64,000 bases of DNA from Nageia nagi. Lineage: Eukaryota; Plantae; Pinophyta. Under the pieces are notes generated by a model. That model saw only the letters and a program-made list of their open reading frames with translations, was not told where the DNA came from and did no database searches. Positions 52,130 to 64,000 of this stretch are shown here, in pieces (position 1 is the stretch's first letter; each line of letters starts with the position of its first letter). The stretch lies in contig JBITNC010000001.1 in NCBI GenBank assembly GCA_050084985.1, forward strand, positions 203,732,001 to 203,796,000, in the 5' to 3' direction. Position numbers and translations under genes: made by a program.

Positions 52130-53348
52130 TGTAATGATCCAAACAAGGTCTCCAACAAATATCAATAATTACAATAAATAAAAACCAATTAGGGCATCCA
52201 CAATTTACAACACAAACCCTAGTATACCAACATTGGACTCTCACAAGCACAATACCACTAAATAATGGCAACGCGGGGACTCCTAAGCACATATACACCA
52301 CACAAATCCAACGAATGGGCAAATACAACAATTCACAATAATACTAGCTCAACGCATGCATAAGATGACAATACAACACACAAACTTTGAGATCCAATGT
52401 CCACGGCTTATATTAAGATGCACAAGGAGTATCAGTACAAAACCAGTATCCAAAGGGCTGACATCAGCCTCCTGGGAGCTGAACTAGGCCAGACAAACTC
52501 TCCTGATGTTGCTGGATGGACGTGGGATAGTAGCACCTCCTCATAATCTAACTCCTCCCCACTGAAGGGGCCCTCCTCAGATCTGGATTACCATGTGAGT
52601 GGTAGAGACTCCACCTTGGATACCACTGGATGGGCAAAGGTGCTCCATCGATGCCGTAGATCCCTCAACTTGACAACCCTTTTAAGTGCTCCACTTAAGA
52701 AATACACTTAGCGCTCCGCTAAGGTTGCATCCACCGGATGATGTAGAAGTGTAAAGCTGTAATGATTAAGTGTGTCTAGCAAATGAGCCTCCAAGTCTTC
52801 TTATATCCTCAACCAGGTCCTGGATCTCACCTTGGAATCATCACTAGGCTCTAAGGCCCCAACGTTAGCCTCCAGAGGGCCTGGGATGCCTAACGTGGAT
52901 GCCTAGGTATCAAGCATGCCAATGTGGGATTCTTGGGTGCCATAAATGCTAGCGTAGGGTCTAGGGGTGCCACACATGCCCATGTGGGTCTTGGTGTCAT
53001 GCGTGGAAGCCTAGGAGTTTGGGATGGGCCAACATGGGGTCTAGGGGACTCCCCAAGGTTGGCACAAGCATGCAATTCTCTTTCTTGGTCATTTAATGTA
53101 TACAAGATCTTGAGATTCCCACAATCAAGTCCGGGATCTCCAAGTACATTAATATATCCTATTCTACACTTGGGAGGGATACGTCCCACTAAGGGCTCAC
53201 AATGGGGCCTATGGACCAATTAATTCCTATCCCAAGTTATACAAAAACAACTACAAGACAAATTTTAAACATACTCCAAAAGGGATGTTATTAAGACGTC
53301 CATTTTGCCTCTTACGTTATTTTTATATAGTACAAAAGGGATTTTACA
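52130..53348 (-). mobile_element. Solo LTR (1219 bp)
   Basis: TGTAATGATCC...TTTACA; TSD ACTAT at 52125-52129 and 53349-53353; inverted relative of 54312-55473. Confidence 0.87.
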
Positions 53349-54311
53349 ACTATCCAAAAAAAGCTATGGTCCAAATTTCAGCTTATTCTGATTTATTTTG
53401 AGGAAGTTGTATTTTTAGTGGTCTTGGATATTAACCCATAAGGTGCATTGCATTGAATTTTTTATATTTGTTTGCATTTTTGGGAAGCTTTTAAAAATGC
53501 AAGAAGGGTTACTTCTTTGAAATTTTGATTGCAGGCTTCATTTACATTGAAATCTTGGTCAAACGAGAGATCAATTTCCTTAGAAATGATGATTCATTAT
53601 AGATATGAAAGAGCAGAACATTTATAATTTATAATCGTGGCTCATACGAAGAAAAGGTGTGATGCTTCTGATAGACTGATTTTAATTGTGATTATGTTGA
53701 AGATATTTGATGGTACAAATCTTATTGGTTGGATAGATGAAAGTACAAATCAATTGAAAGGTTATGAACCTACATTGGAGGGAGTTTATGAATGTACTCA
53801 TTGAAAGGTTGAGGATAATGAAGAGCATCAGAAAAGAACATTTGACTGAAAGAAGAGGATAACGAAGAGCATCTGAAAAGAACATGTGACTGTGAAAGAA
53901 GAGGATAAGAGGGAGAATATACAAAGCATCTTGGTGGAGAAATCAAGACACCCTAAAAAGCATGATGATTATGATTCCAAACACAAATCTCATACTGAGG
54001 TGGCTTGCAATCTCCTGACTTGGTTTGAGAATATGTGAGTGCCAAAGCTTCCTCACATGGATTTCAATGGAGAGAACCCTAGAGAGTGATCAGCCACAAA
54101 CTAAGATTACATAAGGTTTCAGCGTAGAGTAAGGATTACTTGACAACCACTTAGTTGGATGCTTATTATTTAGATTGCATCATTTATGATTTGAAGAGTA
54201 GAGATAAATAGCCTACATGGATAGTAAAGTATGTTTTTGGAAAAATATTAAGAAAGAGAATTGAGAAGGATAACCCTAGATCAATTGGAGATATTGGCTA
54301 AGGTAGCAAAA

Positions 54312-55473
54312 TGTGATGTCCCCTTTGTTCAGTTAGTGGGACCAGAAGGGTCATCTTTGTACTATACTTTATTTAGTGTATTTACATTTACATTGTGTAA
54401 CTCTGGATAGGAGTTTTAATGGGTCATGTGGACCCCATTGTGAGCCCCAATTGGGATGTCTCTCTCTTGAATAGTAGAATAGGCATGTTCTGTATTGGAG
54501 ATCTCGGGTTGTGGGAATCCAAGGTAGATTTATGCTTAATCATGCTAGATGGCCATCAAGATGCTAGCGCTAGCTTGGGGAGGGACCCACACCTCCACGT
54601 TAGCCCATGAGAGCTCCAGGAACCCAACGTTGGCATTTAATATGGTCATGACCCCCACATTGGCATATTACATGATTATGAACCCCATGTTGGCACTTGA
54701 AATGAGTTGGGCCCCCCAAATACCCAACGTTGGAATAGAAGGGCTTGGAATGATTCTGAGGCAAGTTCCGGACATGAGAAAGGTATAAATAGGCATAGGA
54801 GGCTCATTACTGAAGACACTTGATCATTATTACACTTATTCTTCTACTTCGTCCAGTGGACAAAACATTAGCGGAGCGCTAATTGTATTCCTTAGGTGGA
54901 GCACCTAAGAGGGTAGGCAAGCATTGGAATCCTGACTACGGTTTTGGTGGAGTACCATTGCCCATCCGGTGGAATCCGAGGGTTTATTCCTATCGTTCAA
55001 TTGGTTAGCCAGAGATCGAGGGAAGCCTCTTCAGTGGGGAAGAATTGAGATATGAGGCGATAGATCTATCTTGTGTGTTTGTGGTGATTGTAGATTGTAT
55101 TCAGCTTGGCTCTTGAGAAGCCTATGTCTGCCCTGGAAGGAATTGTATGAATTTGTATTGGTCATATTGCCAATATAATTGTTGATGGTTCATGGTGTTC
55201 ATATTGTGTTATCTCATGCGTGTGTTGGCTCATTGTAATCATTCATGTTTGTATGCCTCCCACGTTGGTGTGCTGTAATCGAATGAATGGTATATTGCAT
55301 GTTTAAGTTAAGCATTGGGATTTTGGCATTGTAATTGTGTTTGTGACTCACCCTAGTGTTGACATTGGTATTGGAGGGGTTTGATTGTGCATTGTGGTGC
55401 CCTAGGCTTGACGTCAAGGTTTGGAGGTTGTTGAAAGGCGTTTTTGAACGAGGGTTCATTTTGGATCATTACA
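54312..55473 (+). mobile_element. Solo LTR (1162 bp)
   Basis: TGTGATG...GGATCATTACA; TSD CAAAA at 54307-54311 and 55474-55478; TATAAATAG near 54784. Confidence 0.87.
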
Positions 55474-56091
55474 CAAAAAGCAAGATCAATGGACAATATT
55501 TTCAAGCAAGAAGATACTACAACATGGGTTACAACTACAACACTAAAGGAGGAGTTGGCAAAGAAGAAGAAAAAAAAGACTTAGAAGAGGACCATATTAT
55601 GAAATCTTATGCTTTTAAGGATTCATCAAATTCCTTTGGCAATGAACATTTGAATGGTACATCATCTCTTACATCTTGTATTTCTTGAAAAGATAATACA
55701 AATACTTTTGAGGACTTATTTCAATGTGGTTGCATAGGATCTCATATTGAGAATAAAAAGGTAATACTAGTGTTGGGAAGGGATGTGTTGATGAGGTTTC
55801 TATTGAGGTTCATTCTTCTTGCCATCTACACACTTAATCATTTAATCATGATACTTTTGTTAGAAAATATCAAGCAAGGTAGCTGAAGTAACATGAGATA
55901 TTTTATGTTGAAACCCCTGCTATGTGCAAGGAAAAACCATGGAGCAAGGGTGGCTTCGATTCTTGCATTAACTTGAAAGTTCTCTTTACACTTTCTCACT
56001 TTTTCAACTACAAGGGGTCATTTCCTCTTTATAGAAAACAAAGTAGGCTATATAAAGATAACACCTATTAATAGCATGTCTATTTATAACA

Positions 56092-57320
56092 TGTGCCTAC
56101 ACAACACACCCCGAAATTTTCGCAATTTTGGGGATCCTCTTTTGAGCTAAGGCCGTTGGGATGAATATTTTCTGCTCAAATACGATGCATTTTTATCAAC
56201 TGGAGGTAAAAGTGGCTAAACTATGCACACTTTGGCAGAATTGGGCATGAAAATTCTTCTAAGTCATGAGGGAATGTTTTCTGATGAGTGAAAAAGCACT
56301 CACTCAAAATGGTGCGACTGGGTAAAAATCTGCATTTTCACAGAAAAATCATGCATTTTCAGGTCTGAAGTTATGCAATCTATGTCAATTGGTCACTTAC
56401 ATGCATTCCGAGTCACTTCCATGCATTCCGAGATCATTCTGGAAAAACTGGTTAAGTGTTTACCTTGGGCGCATCATTTTTGTGTAGTGAAAAAGCACTC
56501 ACTCAAAACAGTGTGTGACCAGCCTTGAGGGTGCTAAAATTGGCTTAGTCATTGAGAAATTGAGCATACACTGAGGAGTAGACAAGTCTCCTCATATGCA
56601 CTGGATCACTTTTTGCACTAGTAGGCATGTGACGCTTGTCCATTGGAGACTACATAGTATAAAAGGCAGCATGCTAGTTTATTTTGTATTCTGGATCACT
56701 TCATTCTCATGTGGCATCTAGCTCTGCTGAAGTGCAAAAGCACTCACCTAAAATGGTGCGCCCACCATTATTTCTGCATTTGATGCATTAGCATTCATGG
56801 TTGAGCAATTTAGGTCCAAGAACAGCTGGGTGCAGGTTTTTCAAGCAATGCAAAAGCACTCCTCCAAAACAGTGCGCCTATGTAAAAGCACTCACTCAAA
56901 ATGGTGCTCCCAAATTTGGAGGCATAAGTTTTCCAAGGCATGAAAATTTTCTAGTTAAATGCATGAGTTTCAAAGCCAAATGAGGGGAAATGTGACAAAA
57001 TTTGCATATTCAAGTTGAAATAGGTCCAAAAACAACATTTTTCCTTAGGCGCATGTTTTAGGGGACATGCTTTTGCATGTACCAAAAATGGTGCGCCCAG
57101 CTTCATTTTGCATAAATTTGGTCAATTCTTGCATATTCGTGTCTAAAATTGCATTTTTCTTAGCAAAATTGCACCCATCATATCTGAAAAGGCATTTTCC
57201 TCAATTTCACATCATTTAGGGGTCATTTTGGTCATTTTGAAGTCAATTAGCATGTTTTATGGTTGAGCGCATATTTTAGGGGACATGCTTTTGCATGTGC
57301 CAAAAATGGTGTGCCCTGGC
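56092..57320 (+). mobile_element. 5' fragment of another giant LTR-like unit (repeat array only)
   Basis: Starts TGTGCCTACACAACACACCCCGAAATTTT...TTTTGGGGATCC, similar to 59243 and 27383. Repeated AAGCACTCACTCAAAATGGTGCG units. Confidence 0.65.
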
Positions 57321-57329
57321 GAATGAGTG

Positions 57330-58270
57330 ATCCGAAATGGAATTTCGGAGGTTAAAAAATAATAGTCCTTAATGTGTTTATTGTTCTCTTCAAGAACAAA
57401 CTGCTTTTCGCCAACTCCAATGTTTTCAACTGCATTGAAATCCGATATCAAATGGGTAAAAGATGAGTTTTGAAGAATTTAATTAAATATTACTATTTAA
57501 TTAAAGGTTTAAATTTTAAATGCCATATTCTAAATAAATATATTCCAATTATAAAAGGCAAGCTTCAATATATATGGACGGCCATTAACTATCTTTGACA
57601 GGTCAAATACAAAAGATCAAGGCGGCATTAATCATAGTTTGCATTGCAAAGATACAATAGAAGGCAAAAGTGGAGGTGACGTGGAGAATTTGAGGAGGAC
57701 CCCACCATTGTAATCAACGTTAAAGTCGCCAGGGCATGAGCTAGACCACCAATGAAGGAAGATAGTAATGTGGAGAAAAACAACTAAGTGCATGGGGAGA
57801 CACCCACCTATAGATTTGACGACCATTAGCCGCTTGACGTAATAAACTTATCCACCAATAGTTGACGTTGGGTTTACTATGTATGGGAAACACGTATAAG
57901 GAGGAAAATCTGCTTGTGATGTGAGGAGGTTACCCGTTGTTCGGCCATCCATCATCATCTACTAACATAGAGCGAACTGCCATAGAAGAACAACGTGGCT
58001 AAAGGGGCAACTAGACTAATTATCTGCAAGGAAATCGCCAAAGACCTCACTGCCAACCAATGTGTACCTGCATGCACTAAGAATGAAACCACCTGGGAAA
58101 TGAATCTGCTAGAGTGAAGGTCAAAAGGAGGACCTCACCAAAATAGCTAAGTGGCAACGTCAGGAGGACTCACATGCCTTCTCGGAGCTTCTTGGTTTCT
58201 GAGGAATTTATTTATGGCGGCCGTTTGATTCTGCACTATACCCGTCATATTATGTATGGCGATGATTAGT
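57330..58270 (+). mobile_element. LTR-like fragment related to 12250-13686
   Basis: Shared sequence blocks with 12300-12700; boundaries approximate. Confidence 0.45.
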
Positions 58271-58274
58271 TCGT

Positions 58275-59242
58275 TGAACTATCTTTCCGGCATGGCTTCT
58301 CTAACTAGAGTAGAGCTTCTTCTTCTCCTTGTCGATGGGGATCTGCCTCTTCTGGCTGAATTCTCTTCGCCAAAAGCATCTCGATCTGGGACATCACCCA
58401 TCCAGGGTTTGCAATCCTCATTCTGAGTGGTTCTATTTGGATTTTCCTTTGGTAGCATCCTCTTTCCGCTCTTCTTGGCTGAAGACATCTCTCTTTTGGT
58501 GCTATATCTGGTATAGTAGTTGTGGACAATAGGTTTCATTCATAGGCTGGCCAGATCCAAGCTTTGATACCACTGTAATATCCCCAAAAATACTCAATGT
58601 AGGAATTAGCCAAAAACAAAATTCAATTGAGCCCTTAAGCATACCACGTTGGAGCTAGGGCATCAAATATATGCAAACACAAGCCAGGAATGCCAACGAT
58701 CACTCTTACAAGCAAGAATATCACTTAAATGCCCAATGTCATGCACCAATGCTCCAATACAATGCCAAACACATCCAAATATGCCAACGTTGCAATACAC
58801 AAGAACAAACACACAAGATAGCTCAACGTGGGAGATATAGAAGCATGAACATCAGACAATGAGACTATGATAGAGATTGAAGGTGCCCACGGTTGTATTA
58901 ATGATGAGAAAATAGAAAATGATACAATACCAGGCCCAAAGGGCTCAACGTTGGCCTCCAAGGAGCCAACTAGGGCACATGCAATGGTGAGACAGATACC
59001 GAAAGCTGGGTAGAACAACCACCTCCTACCAATGCTGTGGATGCCTCATCGAAGGGCTCCCTCACAGACTAGCTCTCAACAAAGAGATCGGGTGTGGTTC
59101 CAAAAAGCCATCGAATGGATTTAGAGATGTAGACCGCTTGTGGATGGCTTAGGGTAGGGCAACCTCACTTGCACAAACACACCCCAACCATATAAGACAA
59201 AAGATGTCCTAAGCCTCCTGCGCTCTCCTTGTGCTCCATGTT
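58275..59242 (-). mobile_element. LTR retrotransposon fragment: part of the 5' LTR (58574-59242), tRNA-iMet primer site, start of the internal region
   Basis: TGGTATCAAAGC at 58561-58572 (minus). The LTR is the reverse complement homolog of ~14960-15624 and is cut at 59242 by copy C. Confidence 0.8.
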
Positions 59243-59399
59243 TGTTGTGCTTACACAACACCCCCCAAATTTTTTGCATTTTGAGGACCCTCGAAATTAA
59301 AATTAGGAAATGCATGGAAGTAATATGTCAAAAGGACATGCATATGTATTGGTCTAACTTTAGGAAACATGTTTAAATTGCTCTTTTGTGGTCAAGTTA

Positions 59400-60960
59400 G
59401 GTCAAAATTGTGCATTTTTCAGCTTGTCGTATGTTTTGGAGTGAGTCCTTGTGCACCCCACTCAAACGATGCAACCAGCCCCTTGGTGCGTTTTCATCCT
59501 CATTCCTTGCATTTCGTGTCTTAGCATTGCATTTTTGAAGATCCTCCATATTGCAGAAATCTGTATCTCCCTCATTGCATTTCATATATGTGTCGTTTTG
59601 GTCAAAATGCAAGGAAAATCATGTTTTTTTAGCTTGTCGCATGTTTTTAGGTGAGTGCTTTTGCACTCACCCAAAATAGTGCGACCAAGGTAAAAGCCCC
59701 CTATACTTAGCATTTTTGTTGTATGAAAAGTTGTCGCATGTTTTTGAGTAAGTCCTTTTGCACCCTTCTGAAACCATGCGACCAAGGAGGGATTTTCATA
59801 CTTAGTCATTTCGGGGCCATGAAAAGTTGTCGCATGTTTTGGAGTGAGTCCTTGTGCACCCAACTCAAACCATGCGACTAAGGAGAATTTTCATATTTAG
59901 TCATTTTTGAGGTCACAAAGCTGTCATATGTTTTTGGACGAGTTTTTTTGCACTCTACCCAATCCATGCGACCAAGAAGGAAAGGGACTTAGCCTTTTTT
60001 GGGGCAACCAAGGCTAGTCGCATGCTTTTCAGCTAGTCCTTTTGCACCCCACTCAAACCATGCGACCAGATTCAAGAAGGGAAAATTGGCTAAGTGTTGG
60101 GTTCAGTTTGTTGGTAAGTGGAAATTCATGGATTGGACCTTCTCTTGCTCCTATCATATGGTGACACCTATCCTACTTGAAGGGCTATAAAAAGGAAGTT
60201 AGCCTCAGTATTTCAGTTTGCAAATTTGTCTGCAGCAGAACATGGGACTAAGGGAGAAAAGCACCCCCTCTAGAACATGCGACCTACATCTAACTTGTAT
60301 TTTTTGAGAGATCTTTGAATTTCTGGTCTTGGGAAGCATGCCAGATCCCCAGGCGCAAGGATATAGATGCATGCTTTAGCACCCTCTCAAAACGGTGCGA
60401 CCAGGAATTGGACTTAAGTTTCAACTTGGAAAATTGGCTAAGTACCTAAAGCTAGTCGCATGCTTTTCATCACATGCTTTTGCACTCCTTTAAAACCACA
60501 CGCCCTTATTTTTGTTCCATCATTTGATCCCTAGATTGACCTATCCGGAGGTGACATGTGGTAGTCCAGAAAATTATAAATATCACCTCACTCATTTTAA
60601 GCACTTCATTTCAGGTTTGCCACCCTTCCCCCAATCGCACCATTCATAATGCATGCTTTTGCACTCATCTCAAACTGTGCGCCAAGGAGAAATAGGGTGT
60701 TTTATGGGACGTTGTGCATCTAGTTAGCCTTTTTTTCAGCTAAGGCATTTTAGTATAGTCCCTAGACCTAGTCGCATGTTCTTCAAGCTGTGCTGAAGCA
60801 CTCATCTAGATCCATGCACCTAGAATTGAGGGGAAGATTTATGTTCTAAAATTTGACTAAGTGAAGATTTATGTTCTAAAATTTGACTAAGTGACCCTAC
60901 ACCTATTTGCATGTTTTTCAAGCTGTGCTCAAGCACTCATCCAAAATTGTGCGCCTAGGA
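59400..60960. repeat. Array of imperfect palindromes GTCGCATG-(~30 nt)-CATGCGAC
   Basis: For example GTCGCATGTTTTGGAGTGAGTCCTTGTGCACCCAACTCAAACCATGCGAC near 59830; more than 10 degenerate units. Confidence 0.8.
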
Positions 60961-61203
60961 TTACAAAATGAAATTGGTCAAGTGTGGGACTCCAAGAGTT
61001 GAGAGGAGAAGAAGACAAGTGGCAAGCATGCGCCCTGCCATGCATTCATCCTCCATGCATCTCATATAAAGGGGGAAGCAACTACCATTAGGGGTGCTGG
61101 ATGTCCTATAGTCCAAATCTGGACGTCTGGCTCTGCCTTGTTGCATCTTTCACAACATTCAGGTTTGTCTAGGGTTTTTCCTTGGGTATTCAGACAATCT
61201 TGC

Positions 61204-64000
61204 ATGGCTTCCAATATCAGACCACCTCCATCAAGGACCAACAAGATTCAAGGCCAACTCTTTGAAATACATGTAACCAAGAGCCAGATGACCTGAATTT
61301 CGAAAGAAAGCCTGATTGAGTTTCAAGAGAGAGAGAGACCAAAGCTCCTTGAAGCCAAATTTAAGGGGAGACACATCTTTGTTGGTGATACAAATCGGGG
61401 AAACATAGAACCTATTCAGACATTGGCCTCCACAACCTCCATCAACAAGGAGGACTTATCAGAAGAGCTCATCCACACATGTGGCTTGTTCAACGCCACT
61501 ATGATGCCCTTTGTAGTACCTTTTCCTGACTTGTGCTACGGAGTGTCTAGGAAGTGTGAATATGACAAGAGAGTCCTACAGGACATGGAGGGAAATGTGA
61601 TCATAGATTTCTCCCTGGCAAGAATCAAAGCAGCCTTTGGCTTGAGAAGATACGGGGATGATTATACGTTGGTATACTTTGAGGAATTCCACGATTCTAC
61701 AGCTCGACGTGGGGACTACATTCGACCCTGGTTGCTGGAAGATTATCAAAATCTTCATAGCCAAAGGTTGGTTAGCGTGCATATTGAGGAGTTCTTGCCT
61801 GTTGTGGCTAAGCTGATCACCCTCTTGTCAAGGGTCATTGGTTATGAGAATGACACTAAATACCGGAGGGAGTTCATGAGCTTCATTGTAGTTATCAGCT
61901 CAGGGAGAGCTATTTGATGGGTTGGGGTAATGAGTGATGCCCTACGCCATCAATTAACCTATTTTGGCTCCTTAGAGAGATTCTATATGAACTCTTATCT
62001 TGTGTACTTGTTGCATGGTAAGGTCAGATCTAGGGAGTTGGCTGACGAGAGATATTTGGGGCAAAAGAATACCCCTGTATGGCGAGCCTACCAAAAGTGG
62101 TGGTATCAAAACAAGTTCCAGCATTTCTGTGAGAGGAATGATTAGCGGGAGTATGATATCTACAAGGATATCAAAGGAGAGTCTGTGGTGAAGAGGATTT
62201 CTGATGCAACTATCCAAGTTCTTAGTGTACATGCAAATTTCTTTTTGCAATATGCTGATCGTACATACATCAGAGTCTATGGCTCAAAGGACCGACCCCT
62301 GCTCATGCCAAAATATGCCAGTGACAGGTTGATCCTCATGGAGTTTGCTAGGTAGCTTTTTTTCTTGAAGGAGAAAGTCTGGAAAAAGAAGAATGCAACA
62401 ATCAATTTGCCTATCTCTATTGCCAAGTATGTGTGTCAGACGTGGGTGGAGGCAGCCAACATGAAGGAGTTGCAGCAGTATGCCTTTTCCAAGGAGGCGG
62501 TTGCAAGAAACTATGATCCAGGTCCTAGCAAGCGTAGCGCAATCATAAATGATCTTAAGGATGCTGGCTATCACGCCCTCTTCTTGGATGTGCTGGATGA
62601 TGTAGTGGGTTAGGCCTGTGCAAGTGATTCACCCACGAGGTAGTACCTTCCAGACTTACTCATTCTCCTTGATGCAGGGAGAAAGTCCACCCTTTACAAC
62701 CAAGTTCTAGTTTTGAACATTCCACTTCTTCTAATGAAGAGACTGACGAAGAGCCTAGTCGTACAGTGGAAGATTTTGGAGAAGAATCGAAAAGCCATGG
62801 CGGAAGAGAAAAAGAAGAAGAAGATGATGATGATGATGGTGCTACCGGTATTCCTAAGCAAGAGGATGTAGCTGTAGGTGCCTTTGCACCCGATGAGATG
62901 GAGATTGAAACTCTCCCAGATGATAATGAGATAGTGGACGTTGGAACATATGATGATGACATCCAGATCGTTGGAGAAAAATGTGCCAAAGAAGCAGGTG
63001 CCTCCAAACCCCCTCCTACCGAGCATAGGAAGAAGTCCCCTTCCACATCACATAAGTCCTCCACAAAGAGGACGAGCCATGAGAGATCTCCCTAGCCATG
63101 GAAAAAGGGTATATCTATAGGCAGTAATGGAGGAGATGAAGAAGATGAAGGAGAGACTAAGGAGCAGAAGAAAAGAAGGCAGGAAGAGCACCAAGGTAAC
63201 GAGATCACCATTGTTCAGACCACTCCAGCGAAAGAGGTCAAGAATATTGACAATGGATGGCTGTTGGTTTAGAGATTTCCTCCCTAGCCAACAATCGAGC
63301 ATCCAGACCTTGACCTGGATGCTTGCCTTTGAGCCCTCAGCATGAGCACGACTCATGATGAAGATATAGATGAGGACCTGCACTCTGACGATGAGGAAGA
63401 ACTCTCAGATGGTGAGAAGATTCGAAGGGTTGACATTTTTGTCTCCACTTCTAGAAAAGAAATCTCCATCAACCATTGTTATTCGAAGGAGAAACACCTT
63501 TAGAGAGCAGAGGATTACGTCCTTGAGACATTCAAGATGCTTGTGAAGCTGGGACTGATAGCTTGAAAAACATAGTCACGCAGAGTGCTGCAGTCATGGA
63601 ACAGGAAGGCTATGAAGCCAAAAATGAGGTGAAGAGATTAAAAAGGGAACTCATGGCTAGTAGGAAAATCATTAAGGAATTCCAAAAGGTTAGTACCACC
63701 CCCTTAGATCTGTAGAAGCAGACCTCCTTCCATGAGGGTTGGGAAGTGATGAAGGAGTAGCTGAAGAAGGAAGTGATGGAGGCCATCGAGAGACTATCTT
63801 CTCAAATTTACAAGCTCCTTGCTCAAGGTGTAGAAATCAAGGATCTGAAAGCACAAATTTCAGCACACCTTGGCACCATGAATGGTCATCTTCCCAACAT
63901 CCCCCATTTGCAACATATTTACGTTGACAGTCCTGAAAAGCTAGTCTATTGCCATGAGTTCACCTATCATCATGATTGGTTGAACCATGCACTTGAAAAA
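61204..64000 (+). pseudogene. Copy C ORF (unknown protein), degenerate and incomplete
   Basis: MMPFVVPFPDLCY, LITLLSRVIGYENDTKYRREF, FYMNSYLVYLL, IYKDIKG..VKRISD, YASDRLILMEF and GGDEEDEGETKEQKKRRQEEH match copies A and B. Confidence 0.78.

Larger units (their letters stand above)
59243..64000 (+). mobile_element. Giant ORF-bearing LTR-like unit, copy C (runs off the window)
   Basis: Starts TGTTGTGCTTACACAACA, followed by a palindrome array (59400-60960), a TATA module and a homologous ORF. Confidence 0.78.

Noticed and set aside
59400-60960. Palindromic repeats with spacers resembling a CRISPR array
   Set aside because: Eukaryotic transposon context, degenerate units, spacers related to each other, and no cas genes.
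50608-64000. Exon 5 of the SPOUT1-like gene
   Set aside because: I found no segment encoding the expected continuation (VT...VDVGL-like); presumed to lie beyond the window.

Overview
AT-rich eukaryotic DNA from a large-genome land plant. A gymnosperm is my inference from the giant introns and the transposon types. The only host gene I can support is the 5' part of a SPOUT1/C9orf114 (CENP-32)-like SPOUT methyltransferase on the + strand. Its exons are 8070-8429, 8524-8571, 18705-18881 and 50541-50607, separated by introns of 94 nt, ~10.1 kb and ~31.7 kb; the fourth intron (>13 kb) runs off the window. Nearly everything else is transposon-derived: L1 LINE remnants, four solo LTRs with 5-bp target-site duplications (TSDs), copia and hAT fragments, and a full-length degenerate Ty3/gypsy Tat-type element (31663-40009, TSD CTATG, tRNA-Trp primer site, extra RNase H). 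The most unusual signal is a family of very large solo-LTR-like units. The complete copy (27383-43578, TGTTG...CAACA, TSD CTTTG) is ~7.8 kb once the nested Tat element is removed. It has no gag-pol and no paired LTRs. Instead it carries a terminal mini-hairpin, an array of palindromic repeats, an internal TATA promoter, a ~1,050-codon ORF of unrecognised function, and a second TATA near the 3' end. Related copies lie at 24835-47613 (-), 59243-end (+), 56092-57320 (fragment) and possibly 1-5633. This suggests retrotransposons that encode a large protein inside the LTR, perhaps acting on their own repeat arrays. All comparisons were made by eye; no searches were run.
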